Positions 29,535-39,354 of a DNA stretch of 64,000 bases are shown in pieces. The translations under genes were made by a program, and so were the position numbers. The stretch is from Spirochaetia bacterium (lineage in GTDB: Bacteria > Spirochaetota > Spirochaetia > SZUA-6 > Bin103), in the NCBI GenBank assembly GCA_965199955.1, contig CBDATQ010000001.1, forward strand, positions 736,001-800,000, read 5' to 3'. Below the pieces are notes generated by a model. That model did not search any database. It was not told the DNA's origin and saw only the letters and a list, made by a program, of their open reading frames with translations. Each line of letters starts with the position of its first letter. The first letter of the stretch is position 1.

Positions 29535-29949
29535 TCAGGGCCAGCGTTCGAAGATGCGCTCCGCGTTCTCGTGCAGGATCGCGTGACGCGCCACATCGGA
29601 GATCCTGGAGAAGAGCACGCAGCCGATGCCGTAGTGGGGGTTGAGCCTTCCTGCAGCGTCATGCTGCGCAGGAAAGTCATGTCCTTGACGGCTACGATGA
29701 AACGGAGAAACGTCTGCAGCGGGTATTTCTCCAGCGATCGCATGTAGATCATGCCGTCGAACCACGCGTTCCAATGGGTGACCGCCACGAACAGGACGAG
29801 CGTGGCGAGTGCGGCCAGCGAGGTCGGGATGTAGATCCTCCACAGGATCTTCCAGTGGCCGGCGCCGTCCATCGCGGCCGACTTCTCGAGCTCCACCGGC
29901 AGCCTGCGAAAGAAGTTGAGCAGGATCAGGACGTTCCAGACGGGAACGC
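29535..29949 (-). pseudogene. Fused remnants: ABC permease internal fragment (29649-29949) joined to an amidohydrolase-like C-terminal stub (29535-29648)
   Basis: FFRRLPVELEKSAAMDGA...HWNAWFDG..YPLQTFL followed abruptly by LNPHYGIG...AILHENAERIF. Confidence 0.65.
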
Positions 29950-30497
29950 CCGCCGCGTGCGCCGGCGGGTTCAGGTACGGCCCGATGATGTCGGCCGCCT
30001 TCTGCTCGAAGTCCGGATCGTTGGAGCTCATGTAGCGCTCCAACCGGTGCGGGTGCAGCCGGTGCTTGCTCCATACCCGCGCCACCATCATGTGCGACAC
30101 GCCCAGCTTCGCTGCCAGGCGGCGCGTGCTCCAGTGCGTGGCGCGCCATCGGTCGGCGCCTTGCGCGTGGCGTTGAGGATCCTGGCCTCCACGCTCGGGG
30201 TGCAGCGAAACGGCTTCTGACCGCGGTGCCGGCTGTACAGTCCTGCCAATCGCTCGGCCCGAAAGCGGCCAGCCCACATCGCCACGAAGCCGCGGCTGCA
30301 CTCGGCTCGTTCGCACACTACGTCCCACGTGAGTCGCTCAGCGAGCAGCAGAATGACGCGCGCACGGCGCGCATCCTCGGCTCGACCAGTGCGACTCCTG
30401 GCCCGCTTGGTGAGTTCGCGATGCTCGGCTTCGGTCAATACGATTCCCTCTCTCATGCCTCCAATTATAGTACTACATCAGATGTTACGGTCCATTA
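29950..30497 (-). mobile_element. Truncated IS630 copy (5' half only, frameshifted)
   Basis: Near-identical to ~11563-12108; 2-bp insertion near 30142; breaks just before the first catalytic Asp; one end TAATGGACCGTA. Confidence 0.9.
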
Positions 30498-30537
30498 GAG
30501 CGGCACCATACGCGCGTCAACCCGATAGAATGCACGG

Positions 30538-31974
30538 ATGAGCGGCCCGAACGTCCTTCTCATCTGTGTCGATCACTGGCCCGGGGCATTGCTGCGCGCC
30601 GCCGGCCACGAGCACGTCTTCACGCCCACGCTGGATCAGCTCTGCCGCAACGGCGTTCGCTTCGCGCAGGCCTACACCACCACGCCGACCTGCATCCCGG
30701 CGCGGCGGGCGCTGATGACCGGCACCAGCTCGCGCACGCACGGCGACCGCACCTTTCGCGAGCACGAGCCGATGGACCCGTCGCTGCCGACCATGGCGCA
30801 GACCTTCCGCGACGCGGGCTATCAGGCGTACGCGGTCGGCAAGCTGCACGTCTATCCGCAGCGCGACCGCATCGGCTTCGACGACGTCATCCTCAACGAG
30901 GAGGGCCGCCACCACCTGGGCGGCGGCAGTGACGACTACGAGCGCTACCTGCACGACCACGGCCACGGGGGTCAGGAGCTGACCCATGCCATGGGCAACA
31001 ACAGCTACACGGTGCGGTCGTGGCACTTGCCCGAGCAGTTCCACCAGACGTTCTGGACCACCCGGCAGATGTGCGAGACGATCCGCCGCCGCGACCCGAC
31101 CCGGCCGGCGTTCTGGTACTGCTCGTACACGGCGCCGCACCCGCCGATCACGCCGCCGGCCGACTATCTCCGCCACTACGAGCACTTCGGCGTGGACAAG
31201 CCGTTCATCGGCGACTGGGCGCGCGACTTCGACGCGCTGCCGCACGCGCTGAGGCTCTACCGCGGGCGGCGCAACGACGGCCTGGACGGTGAGGAGACGC
31301 GTTTGGCGCGGATGGGCTTCTACGCGCAGTGCACGTACATCGACCACCAGATCCGCCTGCTGATCGGCCAGTTGCGCGAGGCCGGCCTGCTGGACGACAC
31401 GATCCTGATGTTCACCTCCGACCACGGCGACATGCTCGGCAACCACCACCTGTGGGCCAAGCCGCCCATGTACGAGTACTCGGCCAGGGTGCCGATGATC
31501 CTGGTCGGCACCGCCGCGGACGAGAGGGTCGGCGCGCGCCGCACCGACGGGCGGCTGGCGGCGCTGCGCGATGTGATGCCGACCCTGCTGGACCTGTGCG
31601 GCATCGACGTGCCGCCCACGGTCGAGGGCGAGTCGCTGGTCGGCGAGCCGCGCCGCACCCACCTGTACTGCGAGCACCACGAGGGGCCGGCGGCCATGCG
31701 CATGCTCCGGCGCGGCCGGCACAAGCTCATCTACTACCCGGCCGGCAATCGCCTGCAGCTCTTCGATCTGCAAAGCGACCCGCGAGAGCTGCACGACCTG
31801 TATGGCTCGCCGGAAACCTCGGAAGTCGCCGTAGAGATGGAAGCGCTGATGGCAGGCGAGCTCTACGGCGAGGACCGCGCGTGGGTACGCGACGGCCGCC
31901 TGGTGGGCATGCCGGAGCCGGCCTACGAGTACCAGCCGGACCGCGGCCTGAGCGGCCAGCGGGGCTGGCGGTGA
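30538..31974 (+). CDS. Sulfatase (Cys-type, formylglycine-dependent)
   Basis: PNVLLICVDH; TPTLDQL; CIPAR (CxPxR); GKLH; PHPP; TSDHGDMLG. Confidence 0.93.
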   Translation: MSGPNVLLICVDHWPGALLRAAGHEHVFTPTLDQLCRNGVRFAQAYTTTPTCIPARRALMTGTSSRTHGDRTFREHEPMDPSLPTMAQTFRDAGYQAYAVGKLHVYPQRDRIGFDDVILNEEGRHHLGGGSDDYERYLHDHGHGGQELTHAMGNNSYTVRSWHLPEQFHQTFWTTRQMCETIRRRDPTRPAFWYCSYTAPHPPITPPADYLRHYEHFGVDKPFIGDWARDFDALPHALRLYRGRRNDGLDGEETRLARMGFYAQCTYIDHQIRLLIGQLREAGLLDDTILMFTSDHGDMLGNHHLWAKPPMYEYSARVPMILVGTAADERVGARRTDGRLAALRDVMPTLLDLCGIDVPPTVEGESLVGEPRRTHLYCEHHEGPAAMRMLRRGRHKLIYYPAGNRLQLFDLQSDPRELHDLYGSPETSEVAVEMEALMAGELYGEDRAWVRDGRLVGMPEPAYEYQPDRGLSGQRGWR

Positions 31975-34136
31975 GCGCCCGCGACCTGCACGGCTGGGCG
32001 GAGATCTCGCCCGCGGGTCCGATCGAGGCCGGCTCCACCGACACGTGGCGGATTACCTACCACGTGGGCGAGCGCGGCATCGACGACGGCGGCTCGATCA
32101 AGTTCGCCTGGCGGGACACCAGCGACTGGGGGACGCCGCAGTTCGCGGAGCCGGGCGCCGCCGACTTCGCCAGCGTAGCGACCACCGGTGCCGCCGCGCT
32201 GCGCGCGGCCTACGAGCGGCAGCGCTACATCAGGCCATGGCGCCGCTGCGTCACGGTGGACGTGTTCGACGGCTGGCTGCGCCAGGGCGACACGGTCACT
32301 CTGACGCTGGGCGACAGCTCCGGCGGGAGCCCGGGAAGCCGAGCGCAGACCTTCATCAACGACACGTTCGAGTTCCGAGTGGCTGTCGACTGGGCGGGCG
32401 CCTGGCAGTACACCGTGGTGGCGTCTCCGGTGGTCCAGGTGACGGGCGGCCGCCCGCACCGCCTGGTAGCGGTCGGTCCCTCCGTCATCGCGCCGGGCTC
32501 GCCCGGCTGGCTCGGGGTGAGGGTGGAGGATCGCTGGGGCAACGTGTGCCGCGACTTCGCCGGCGGCATCGAGTTGGACGCGGACGGACTGAGCGGCCTT
32601 CCCGAGCGGTATACGTTCCAGCCCGGCGACGGCGGCGCGCACCGCTTCCAGGACGTGCGCGCCGCGGCACCGGGCGTCCATCGCGTGACCGTACGCGCCG
32701 AAGGTCTGGCGGCGGCTACCGCCAACCCGCTGGTCTGCCGAGCCTCGCAGGGCGGTCCTCAGCCCTGGTGGGGCGACCTCCACGGCCAGAGCAACGAGAC
32801 GGTCGGCACCGGCCCGGTCTCCGCCCACTTCACCTACGCCCGCGACGTCGCCTTCGCGGACTTCGCCGGCCATCAGGGCAACGACCTGCAGATCACCGAC
32901 GCGATCTGGACCGAGATCAAGCGGCAGGCGAACGGCCATGACGCTCCGGGCCGCTACGTCGCGTTCGTGGGCTGGGAGTGGTCAGGCACCACGGCGTCCG
33001 GTGGCGACCGCAATGTCTACTACGCGCAGGCCGACGGCCCGTTGCATCGCTCGAGCCGGGTCCTGGTGGACGCCCCGCCACAGGCCGGCGGCGCCGATGC
33101 CGACGCCCCGCACGTGCGCGACCTGTATGCGGCGCTGCGCGGCCACGCGGCCGGACCGCTGATCATCCCGCACATGGGCGGCCGCCGCGCCGACCTCCGC
33201 TTTCACGATCCCGAGCTGGAGCCGGTCATCGAGGTGCTGTCCGAGTGGGGGGAGTTCGAGTGGTTTCTGCGGGAGGCGCTGGGGCGCGGGCATCAGGTCG
33301 GATTCGTCTGCGGCTCGGATGACCACAAGGGACGCCCCGGCACTGCCAACCCGGGGCGCAGCACGTTCGGCGTCAACGGCGGGCTGGCATGCGTATTCGC
33401 GGACGATCTGAGCCGCGAGGGCATCCTCTCCGCGCTGCGCGCGCGCCGCTGCTACGGCACCTCAGGAGCGCGTATCCAGGTCGAGGCGAGCGCGGACGGC
33501 CATCCGGTCGGCGCCGCGTTCGACGCCGCCACGGCACCCTGCATCAGCGTCAGCGTGGCCGGAACGGCGCCCGTGGAGCGCATCGACTGCTTCCGCGGGA
33601 CGGAGCTGATCGCCACCTTCCCCGAGCGGCTGCCGCGCGCCGCCGACCGCGTGCGGGTGAGCTGGGCCGGCGCCCGCAACCGCGATCGCCAACGCATGCT
33701 GCGCTGGGACGGATCGCTGTCCATCGCCGGCGGCACGTTCGGCGCCGCCGAAGGCTGGGCCTTCGACTCGGCCGCCGAGGGCCTGGAGGAGACGGGCCGC
33801 GACCGCATCACCTGGCGCTCGGTCACCACCGGCGACGCCGACGGCCTGCTCGTCGACGTGGACGGCCCCGAGACGGCGACGCTCAGCTTCCACACCGGCG
33901 TGCTGCAACATCGAGCCAGCCTCGGCGAGGTGCGCCGGCAGCCGGTGACGGTGCCCGGCCCCGGCATCGACACCCGCCTGGTGATGGAGATGGCGCCGAC
34001 CGGCAGCGGCTTGGAAATCGCCACGACCTTCCTCGACAGCGCCGCACCGCCGGGCCGCCATGCCTACTGGCTGCGCATCACCCAGATCGACGGCGCCAAG
34101 GCTTGGCTGAGCCCCTGGTACGTGACCATCGAGTAA
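31971..34136 (+). CDS. DUF3604 / PHP-like metallohydrolase domain protein
   Basis: WGDLHGQSNETVG; GWEWSG...GDRNVY; IPHMGG; GSDDHKGRPG; RRCYGTSGARI. GTGA overlap with the sulfatase stop. Confidence 0.8.
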   Translation: MSARDLHGWAEISPAGPIEAGSTDTWRITYHVGERGIDDGGSIKFAWRDTSDWGTPQFAEPGAADFASVATTGAAALRAAYERQRYIRPWRRCVTVDVFDGWLRQGDTVTLTLGDSSGGSPGSRAQTFINDTFEFRVAVDWAGAWQYTVVASPVVQVTGGRPHRLVAVGPSVIAPGSPGWLGVRVEDRWGNVCRDFAGGIELDADGLSGLPERYTFQPGDGGAHRFQDVRAAAPGVHRVTVRAEGLAAATANPLVCRASQGGPQPWWGDLHGQSNETVGTGPVSAHFTYARDVAFADFAGHQGNDLQITDAIWTEIKRQANGHDAPGRYVAFVGWEWSGTTASGGDRNVYYAQADGPLHRSSRVLVDAPPQAGGADADAPHVRDLYAALRGHAAGPLIIPHMGGRRADLRFHDPELEPVIEVLSEWGEFEWFLREALGRGHQVGFVCGSDDHKGRPGTANPGRSTFGVNGGLACVFADDLSREGILSALRARRCYGTSGARIQVEASADGHPVGAAFDAATAPCISVSVAGTAPVERIDCFRGTELIATFPERLPRAADRVRVSWAGARNRDRQRMLRWDGSLSIAGGTFGAAEGWAFDSAAEGLEETGRDRITWRSVTTGDADGLLVDVDGPETATLSFHTGVLQHRASLGEVRRQPVTVPGPGIDTRLVMEMAPTGSGLEIATTFLDSAAPPGRHAYWLRITQIDGAKAWLSPWYVTIE

Positions 34137-34254
34137 GGAGTGACACGCGGGGACGGCGAATCAGCAGAAATGCGCGGCCACTCCGATGAATTATGCTAAA
34201 AATAAGCGGATCTGCCGTTGATTTCAAGGATAGGCCGGATATGCTCTGGGCGCC

Positions 34255-34997
34255 GTGTACTCTCGCGAACGTTGGCCGTCAGGAAGCTCGCCAAGCGAAA
34301 GTCGCTGTTTCTGTTCGGTCCTCGCAGCACCGGCAAGACGACGTTGCTCCGCCAGCAGTTCGGCTCGGGCGCGATCGTCAACCTTCTGTGCAGTAGCGTC
34401 TACCTGCCGCTGGCCGAGAATCCCTCTCGATTGCGCGAGATCGTCGCGGAGGGCGGGGTCGACGTCTCGGCCGAGCCTCCGGTCGTCGTCATCGACGAGA
34501 TTCAGAAGCTGCCGCCGCTCCTCGACGAGGTGCACGACCTGATCGAGACGGAGCGGATTCACTTCGTCCTCTCGGGCTCCAGCGGCCGCAAGTTCACGCG
34601 GGTGCGGGGTGAATCTCCTGGGCGGCCGCGCATGGCAGGCGAATCTGTTTCCGCTGACGAGCACGGAGGTGCCGGAGTTCGACCTGGGGCGGTACCTCCT
34701 GCACGGCGGGCTGCCGCAGGTCTATGACGCCGAGTACCCGGAGGAGGAGCTCGACGCATACGTGAACACGTACCTCGCCGAAGAGATCCGGGGCGAGGCG
34801 CTGGTCCAGAACTTCACGCACTGCGCGCGCTTCCTGAACGTCGCGGCTGCTTGCAACGGCCAGCAGCTCAACTTCGCGAACGTGTCGCGCGACTCTTGGG
34901 TGCCCGTCACGTCGGTGCGCTCCTACTTCGACATCCTCAAGGACACGTTCATCGGGTTCCTGCTGCAGCCTTGGCGACCGCCAAGTTCTACTTCTTC
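34255..34997 (+). pseudogene. AAA_14/DUF4143-type ATPase pseudogene, cut by IS66
   Basis: LFGPRSTGKTT; IDEIQKLP.LLDEVH; SGSS.RK; NLLGGRA; GGLP; ATAKFYFF immediately before the IS66 end; several frameshifts. Confidence 0.85.
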
Positions 34998-35071
34998 GTA
35001 AGCGTCCGCTGAACCCCACCTTACGACGGCTGAAATAGCGGGTGATCGTCCCTGTCAGGAGGGACGATGAG

Positions 35072-35386
35072 GTGAACGAGAGACACGGGCGCGAGTATTG
35101 GAGCCAGCAGGTTGCCGAGTGGCGGAGCAGCGGCCTGTCGAGCAAGGCGTACAGCGAGCGGCATGGCCTGCCGTATTCGTCGCTGTGCCGGTGGGCGGGC
35201 AAGTCGAGGCAGTCCTCGGGGCCGGAGAGTCAGCGGCTGGTCGAACTGGGGCAGCGCGGCGGCGGTGCCGAGCCGGGCGCGACGATCGAGCTGGTGGTCG
35301 GCCAGCGGTACGTGCTGAGGCTGAGGCCGTCGGTGCGGGCTACCGATCTGCGCGAAGTACTGGAGGCGCTGGAGGGCGAGCGGTGA
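35072..35386 (+). CDS. tnpA: IS66 accessory protein TnpA
   Basis: W.QQVAEWRSSGLS.KAY.ERHGL..SSL.RW helix-turn-helix; first ORF of the element. Confidence 0.75.
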   Translation: MNERHGREYWSQQVAEWRSSGLSSKAYSERHGLPYSSLCRWAGKSRQSSGPESQRLVELGQRGGGAEPGATIELVVGQRYVLRLRPSVRATDLREVLEALEGER

Positions 35387-35733
35387 TCCGGGTGGAGCTG
35401 GGCGCGGCGCGGATCTTCGTACGGCCTGGGGCGACCGATATGCGCACGCAGGTCAACGGGCTGGTAGTGCTGGTGCAGGAGCAGATGCAGCTCAGTCCGT
35501 TCGAGACGGCGCTGTTCGTGTTCTGCAACGCGCGGCGGCGCGTGCTGAAAGCGGTGTACTGGGATCGGACGGGATTCTGTCTGTGGATGAAGGGGCGATT
35601 TCCGTGGCCGCCAACGGCGACCGAGGCGCGCCGAGAGATCGGCATCGAGGAGCTTCGGATGCTGCTGATCGGATCGATTTCTAGCATACCCACGAGGAGC
35701 TCCGGTACCGGGAAATCGCCTGAGGTGGGTTGA
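35383..35733 (+). pseudogene. tnpB: IS66 accessory protein TnpB (damaged)
   Basis: GATDMR; LFVFCN.RR..LKAVYWDRTGFCLWMK; RLE missing before GRFPWP; frameshift and stop near the C-terminus. Confidence 0.8.
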
Positions 35734-35789
35734 AATGTCAGCGTACTTCGTGCTAAGGCATCTATCACTGCGAAGGCTCCGGCGACGAA

Positions 35790-36446
35790 GAGCATCCGGC
35801 GGTGCGGATCCCGAAGGGGCTGGCCTCGGAGGGATTGCTGGCGTTTATCGCCACGGCGAAGTTCTGCGACGCGCTGCCTCTGTACCGGCAGGAGCGGCAG
35901 TTCGCGCGCCTCGGCGTCGAGCTGTCGCGGCGCACGATGTCGGACTGGTGATCGCTGCCGCCACAGCCTGCCAGGCGCTGATGTACGACGGCTACGCGCG
36001 CCCGTGTGCGCAGCCCGGCATCGTGCACGTGGGCTGTTGGGCGCACGTGCGGCGAGCGTTCAAAGAGGCCGCCGACGCGCTGGGCAAGGTATCGAGCCGG
36101 GCCGCAGCGGCGCTGCATGCGCTGGGGTTCATCGCCAAGCTGTAGCGCGCCGAGTCGGAACTGTCGAAGTACCGCGATAAGGACCCTGAGCGGTTCGTGG
36201 CCGCGCGGCGCGCACAGGTGCAACCGGCCGTTCGTGGTGGGCCGCAAGAACTGGCTGTTTTCCGGCAGCCCGCGCGGAGCCGAGGCGAGCGCGATCCTGT
36301 ACAGCCTGATCGAGACCGCCAAGGCCAACCGGCGCGAGCCGTACTGGTATCTGCGCGAGCTGTTCGAAAGGCTGCCGCACGCGCGCACCCGCGTCGACTA
36401 CCTCTCGCTCCTGCCGACTGCGCGTCCACCGCCGCCGGCTTCATAG
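35790..36446 (+). pseudogene. tnpC: IS66 transposase TnpC remnant
   Basis: KFCDALPLYRQE; DGY; GCWAHVRR.F; RPFVVGRKNWLF; YSLIETAKAN, in different frames with large deletions. Confidence 0.85.
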
Positions 36447-36716
36447 AGGCTGGTTTCGCCGGTCGCTTCCGCTTGTTCCTGTCCGGTAATCGCCGGTTTG
36501 AGAGAGGGAGCCAGCGGGGATCGCCTGTAGGGGGCTTGCCGGGCAGTGGAGATCGTGAATGGGACCACCATCGAGGTCGGTTTTCGCGCGGTTGAGAAGG
36601 CTGTTTCGAGATCTGTGGACGCTTTCCTTGATTGTACCGATACGTAAGACACGCCTTTTCGGTAAAACGGCGCCCAAGATAATTGTCAGATGAGAACCGA
36701 GACGCCGGCGGCTCGT

Positions 36717-37010
36717 CAGGATCTCGGCAAGCGCGCCAGCCGTATCAGGTTGTGCGCGAAACACCGCCGCGTGCACGTACGCCTGAAAATGGTCCCAGCC
36801 ACGCCAGTTGCAGCGGTTCAGCCCAAAACGCCGCTTCAGGTATGAAATGCCCGCTTCCACACCAGCGCGAAAGCGCTTGAGTTGACCGTAGATCCACGAC
36901 GACGGCGTCATGTCGGCCGGCTCCAGACCACTCTTCTTGTGGATCACCACGTGCTCCACCCCCAACTCCTTGGCGTCGCTCAGATTCTGCTTCGAGGCAT
37001 AGCCTCCAGC
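36717..37010 (-). pseudogene. C-terminal fragment of an ISNCY/IS5-like DDE transposase
   Basis: GGYASKQNL...FRAGVEAGISYLKRRFGLNRCNWRG..HFQAYV. Confidence 0.7.
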
Positions 37011-37104
37011 GGATGGCGTGGAGGGCGGCGGTGTCCCGTTCGGCATCCAGGGGGTGAAGCTCCAGTCGAGGGTCGTCAGATTCGTAGCGCTCATCCGGGT
37101 CTCT

Positions 37105-37340
37105 TCACGAGGTGCCGTCGTCCCGGGGGTGCGTGACGGGCAGCTCGACCGGATCGCTCCAGATCCGGCCGTTGTCGCCGCTCCAGCGCTGGAAGCGCGC
37201 GTCGTCGATGTCGCTGATGACCTCGTACCGGTACTCGCAGAGCATCTCGGCTCCGCTCGGGCCGCAGTAGTCGGCGCTTCCGAACACGGAGGTGCCGCGG
37301 TCGGGGGTCTCGATGAACAGCTCCGGCTCGCCGATGGCGG
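37105..37340 (-). pseudogene. Remnant of a BNR/Asp-box (sialidase-like) gene
   Basis: RWSGDNGRIWSDP Asp-box (S-x-D-x-G-x-x-W) in a short truncated frame. Confidence 0.4.
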
Positions 37341-37447
37341 TCTCGTTCCGAGCCTATGGGACTTCTCGGGGACTCAGCAAGTTTCGGTCGCCTTCAAGTC
37401 GCGCACACACGCCGGTCTCACTCTTGGGGCTTGGGCTCGACAGAGTG

Positions 37448-37477
37448 TTGACACAAAACCACGGCCCTGGCTACTGT
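37448..37477 (+). promoter_or_regulatory. Sigma70-type promoter of the HicAB-like pair
   Basis: TTGACA-18-TACTGT; the -35 sits in a near-palindrome GTGTTGACAC (possible operator). Confidence 0.5.
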
Positions 37478-37523
37478 CCATTCATAGTGCGCTGGCGCCA
37501 GCACTTGGCACGCGCAGACCGGT

Positions 37524-37757
37524 ATGGCAAGGGCGCGGCATCCAAAGAAGGAGGTTGAGGAGGCACTTGCCGATGCAGAAGCCGCTGGATGGACGGTGAC
37601 GACCGCATCTGGGCACCGTTGGGGTTACATGCGTTGTTGCGAGGCCAGTAGATCGGGATGCCAAGCTTCAATCTGGTCGACTCCACGTAATCCCGGAAAC
37701 CACGCGAAGCAGATTCGTCGTGCGATAGAACGATGTCTGCATCATTTATATCAATGA
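37524..37757 (+). CDS. HicA-like small toxin
   Basis: RHPKKEVEEALADAEAAGW......GH.WG...C...SIWSTPRNPGNHA; 77 aa, upstream of a HicB-like gene. Confidence 0.65.
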   Translation: MARARHPKKEVEEALADAEAAGWTVTTASGHRWGYMRCCEASRSGCQASIWSTPRNPGNHAKQIRRAIERCLHHLYQ

Positions 37758-37771
37758 GTAACGGGGTTAAC

Positions 37772-38323
37772 ATGTCTTTATTTCAGTTTACTTTGATTGT
37801 CGATGGTCCCGATCTACAGAGTGATACGGCTGTCGATGCCCTTTTCGATGCGGGCTGCGATGATGCGCTGGTCGGTCGTAACGACGGGATACAGTACCTC
37901 GATTTCGACCGGAGTGGGCCGAATCCGGAGACCGCTATCCTGTCGGCGATCGCGGATGTCGAACGCCTCCCGGGTGTCGAAGTGATTCGAATCGCTGGCG
38001 GCGATCTTGTCTCCATGGCCGACATCGCGGTGCACACGGGGCGCAGCCGGGAGAGCATACGCCTGCTTGTTACGAACGAACGCGGCCCGGGAGGGTTTCC
38101 CGCTCCCGTCACCGACCCACGTACCCGCTACCGACTATGGCGCTGGTCGGAAGTCCGCCGCTGGTTCGCGACCCACTACCCCACCAGCCCTTTGCAGACG
38201 GAAGATCAAGAATACGAGCAGGTTGCCGCAGCGATCAACGCGAGCCTGGAGGTGCGTCACTATTGCCGCGATGTACGGCCCGAACAGCGGGCGCGACTCC
38301 ATCAGCTCATCGGGATCGGCTGA
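37772..38323 (+). CDS. HicB-like antitoxin with C-terminal AlpA-type HTH
   Basis: FTL...DALFDAGCDDA...LDFDR...AILSAIADVE; DLVSMADIA..TGRSRESIR...GGFPAP...LWRWSEV. Confidence 0.7.
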   Translation: MSLFQFTLIVDGPDLQSDTAVDALFDAGCDDALVGRNDGIQYLDFDRSGPNPETAILSAIADVERLPGVEVIRIAGGDLVSMADIAVHTGRSRESIRLLVTNERGPGGFPAPVTDPRTRYRLWRWSEVRRWFATHYPTSPLQTEDQEYEQVAAAINASLEVRHYCRDVRPEQRARLHQLIGIG

Positions 38324-38340
38324 CTGCGCGTCGTGACCCT

Positions 38341-39337
38341 TCAGCGAGCCGAGGAGACGAAGTCCCGCTCAAGCACGCTCACCGCCAGGGGAGTTCCCGG
38401 TGGCCTGGGCCGGTTGTGGGTCGTGACGATCCAGATCTCGCCGGGACGTCGCTCGACCATGTAGGGGCAGAGCCGTCCGTACGGATAGGTGATCCGGTCC
38501 GCGCGCATGCGGCCGATGACCACCGGCTCCGACCACGAACGGCGTCGTCCGAGAAGGCCAGGGAGAGCTCCTCGCGGTGCACGCTCATCGGGCGCTCGGC
38601 CCAGGGGAGCGCCACGCGGATGTAGCTGTCCTCTCCCTGCGGGTAGAGCCGATTCCAGACCGGCGCCAGGCGCCCGCTCTGCAGGCCCAGCAGGTAGCCG
38701 GGCGCGCTGCTGGCGTCGATCGGGCTGGGCCTGATCTCCCGCCACAGGCCGCCGTCGTCGGAGTACGCCTCCCAGAAGCGGTCCAGGCCGGTGCGCAGCA
38801 GCATCAGCAGCCGTCCGTCGGAGAGCTCGGCGACGGTGCCCTCGCAGACGCCGTCGTGGTGGGCCGTGGCCGCCCAGGTCGATGATGCTGCTCTGCCGCC
38901 AGAGGTGCTGCACGGGGGTGACCAGGTTGCCGGCGCGCGTCTCGATGATGTCGGTCACCGCGCCGCAGAAGCCCAGGAAGATGGGCTGGCGGTCGGTCCA
39001 GGTCCTGCCCTCGTCCGCGCGGCGGATCGACCACACGTCGGGATCGGGCTCGTTGGTGGTCTCGTCCCACCCCACCGGTAGGTGGTGGAGTCGCCGTAGG
39101 TCAGGACGATGTCGCCGTTCCTGGTCCGCACCATGGCCCCTTGTTGCGGCACGCCGGGCTCGGAACCGTCGGTCATGGGCACCGGCGCCGACCAAGTGAC
39201 CCCGTCGTCGGCGCTGGTGCGGCAGGCGTTGCCGGTCACCACCATCGGCTCGGGGAAGTCCTGCTCCCGTAGTCCGTGATCGGCAGCGGTCGGCAGCGCG
39301 GCTCGATCCACAACGTGCCGTTCTAGGCGTCACCCAT
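38341..39337 (-). pseudogene. BNR-repeat/exo-alpha-sialidase-like pseudogene
   Basis: Asp-boxes SADDGVTWS, ADEGRTW, SDDGGLW; ELSDGRLLMLLRT; early stop and several frameshifts. Confidence 0.75.
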
Positions 39338-39354
39338 GATCCGCCTCCATGGTG

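Larger units (their letters stand above)
34998..36470 (+). mobile_element. Decayed IS66-family element
   Basis: Left end GTAAGCGTCCGCTGAACC; degenerate right end GGTTTCGCCGGTCGCTTCC; tnpA-tnpB-tnpC order, only ~1.5 kb long. Confidence 0.85.

Noticed and set aside
34990..36478. 8-bp target duplication for IS66 (ACTTCTTC vs GCTTGTTC)
   Set aside because: Only 6/8 match, and the ATPase gene does not resume after the element.
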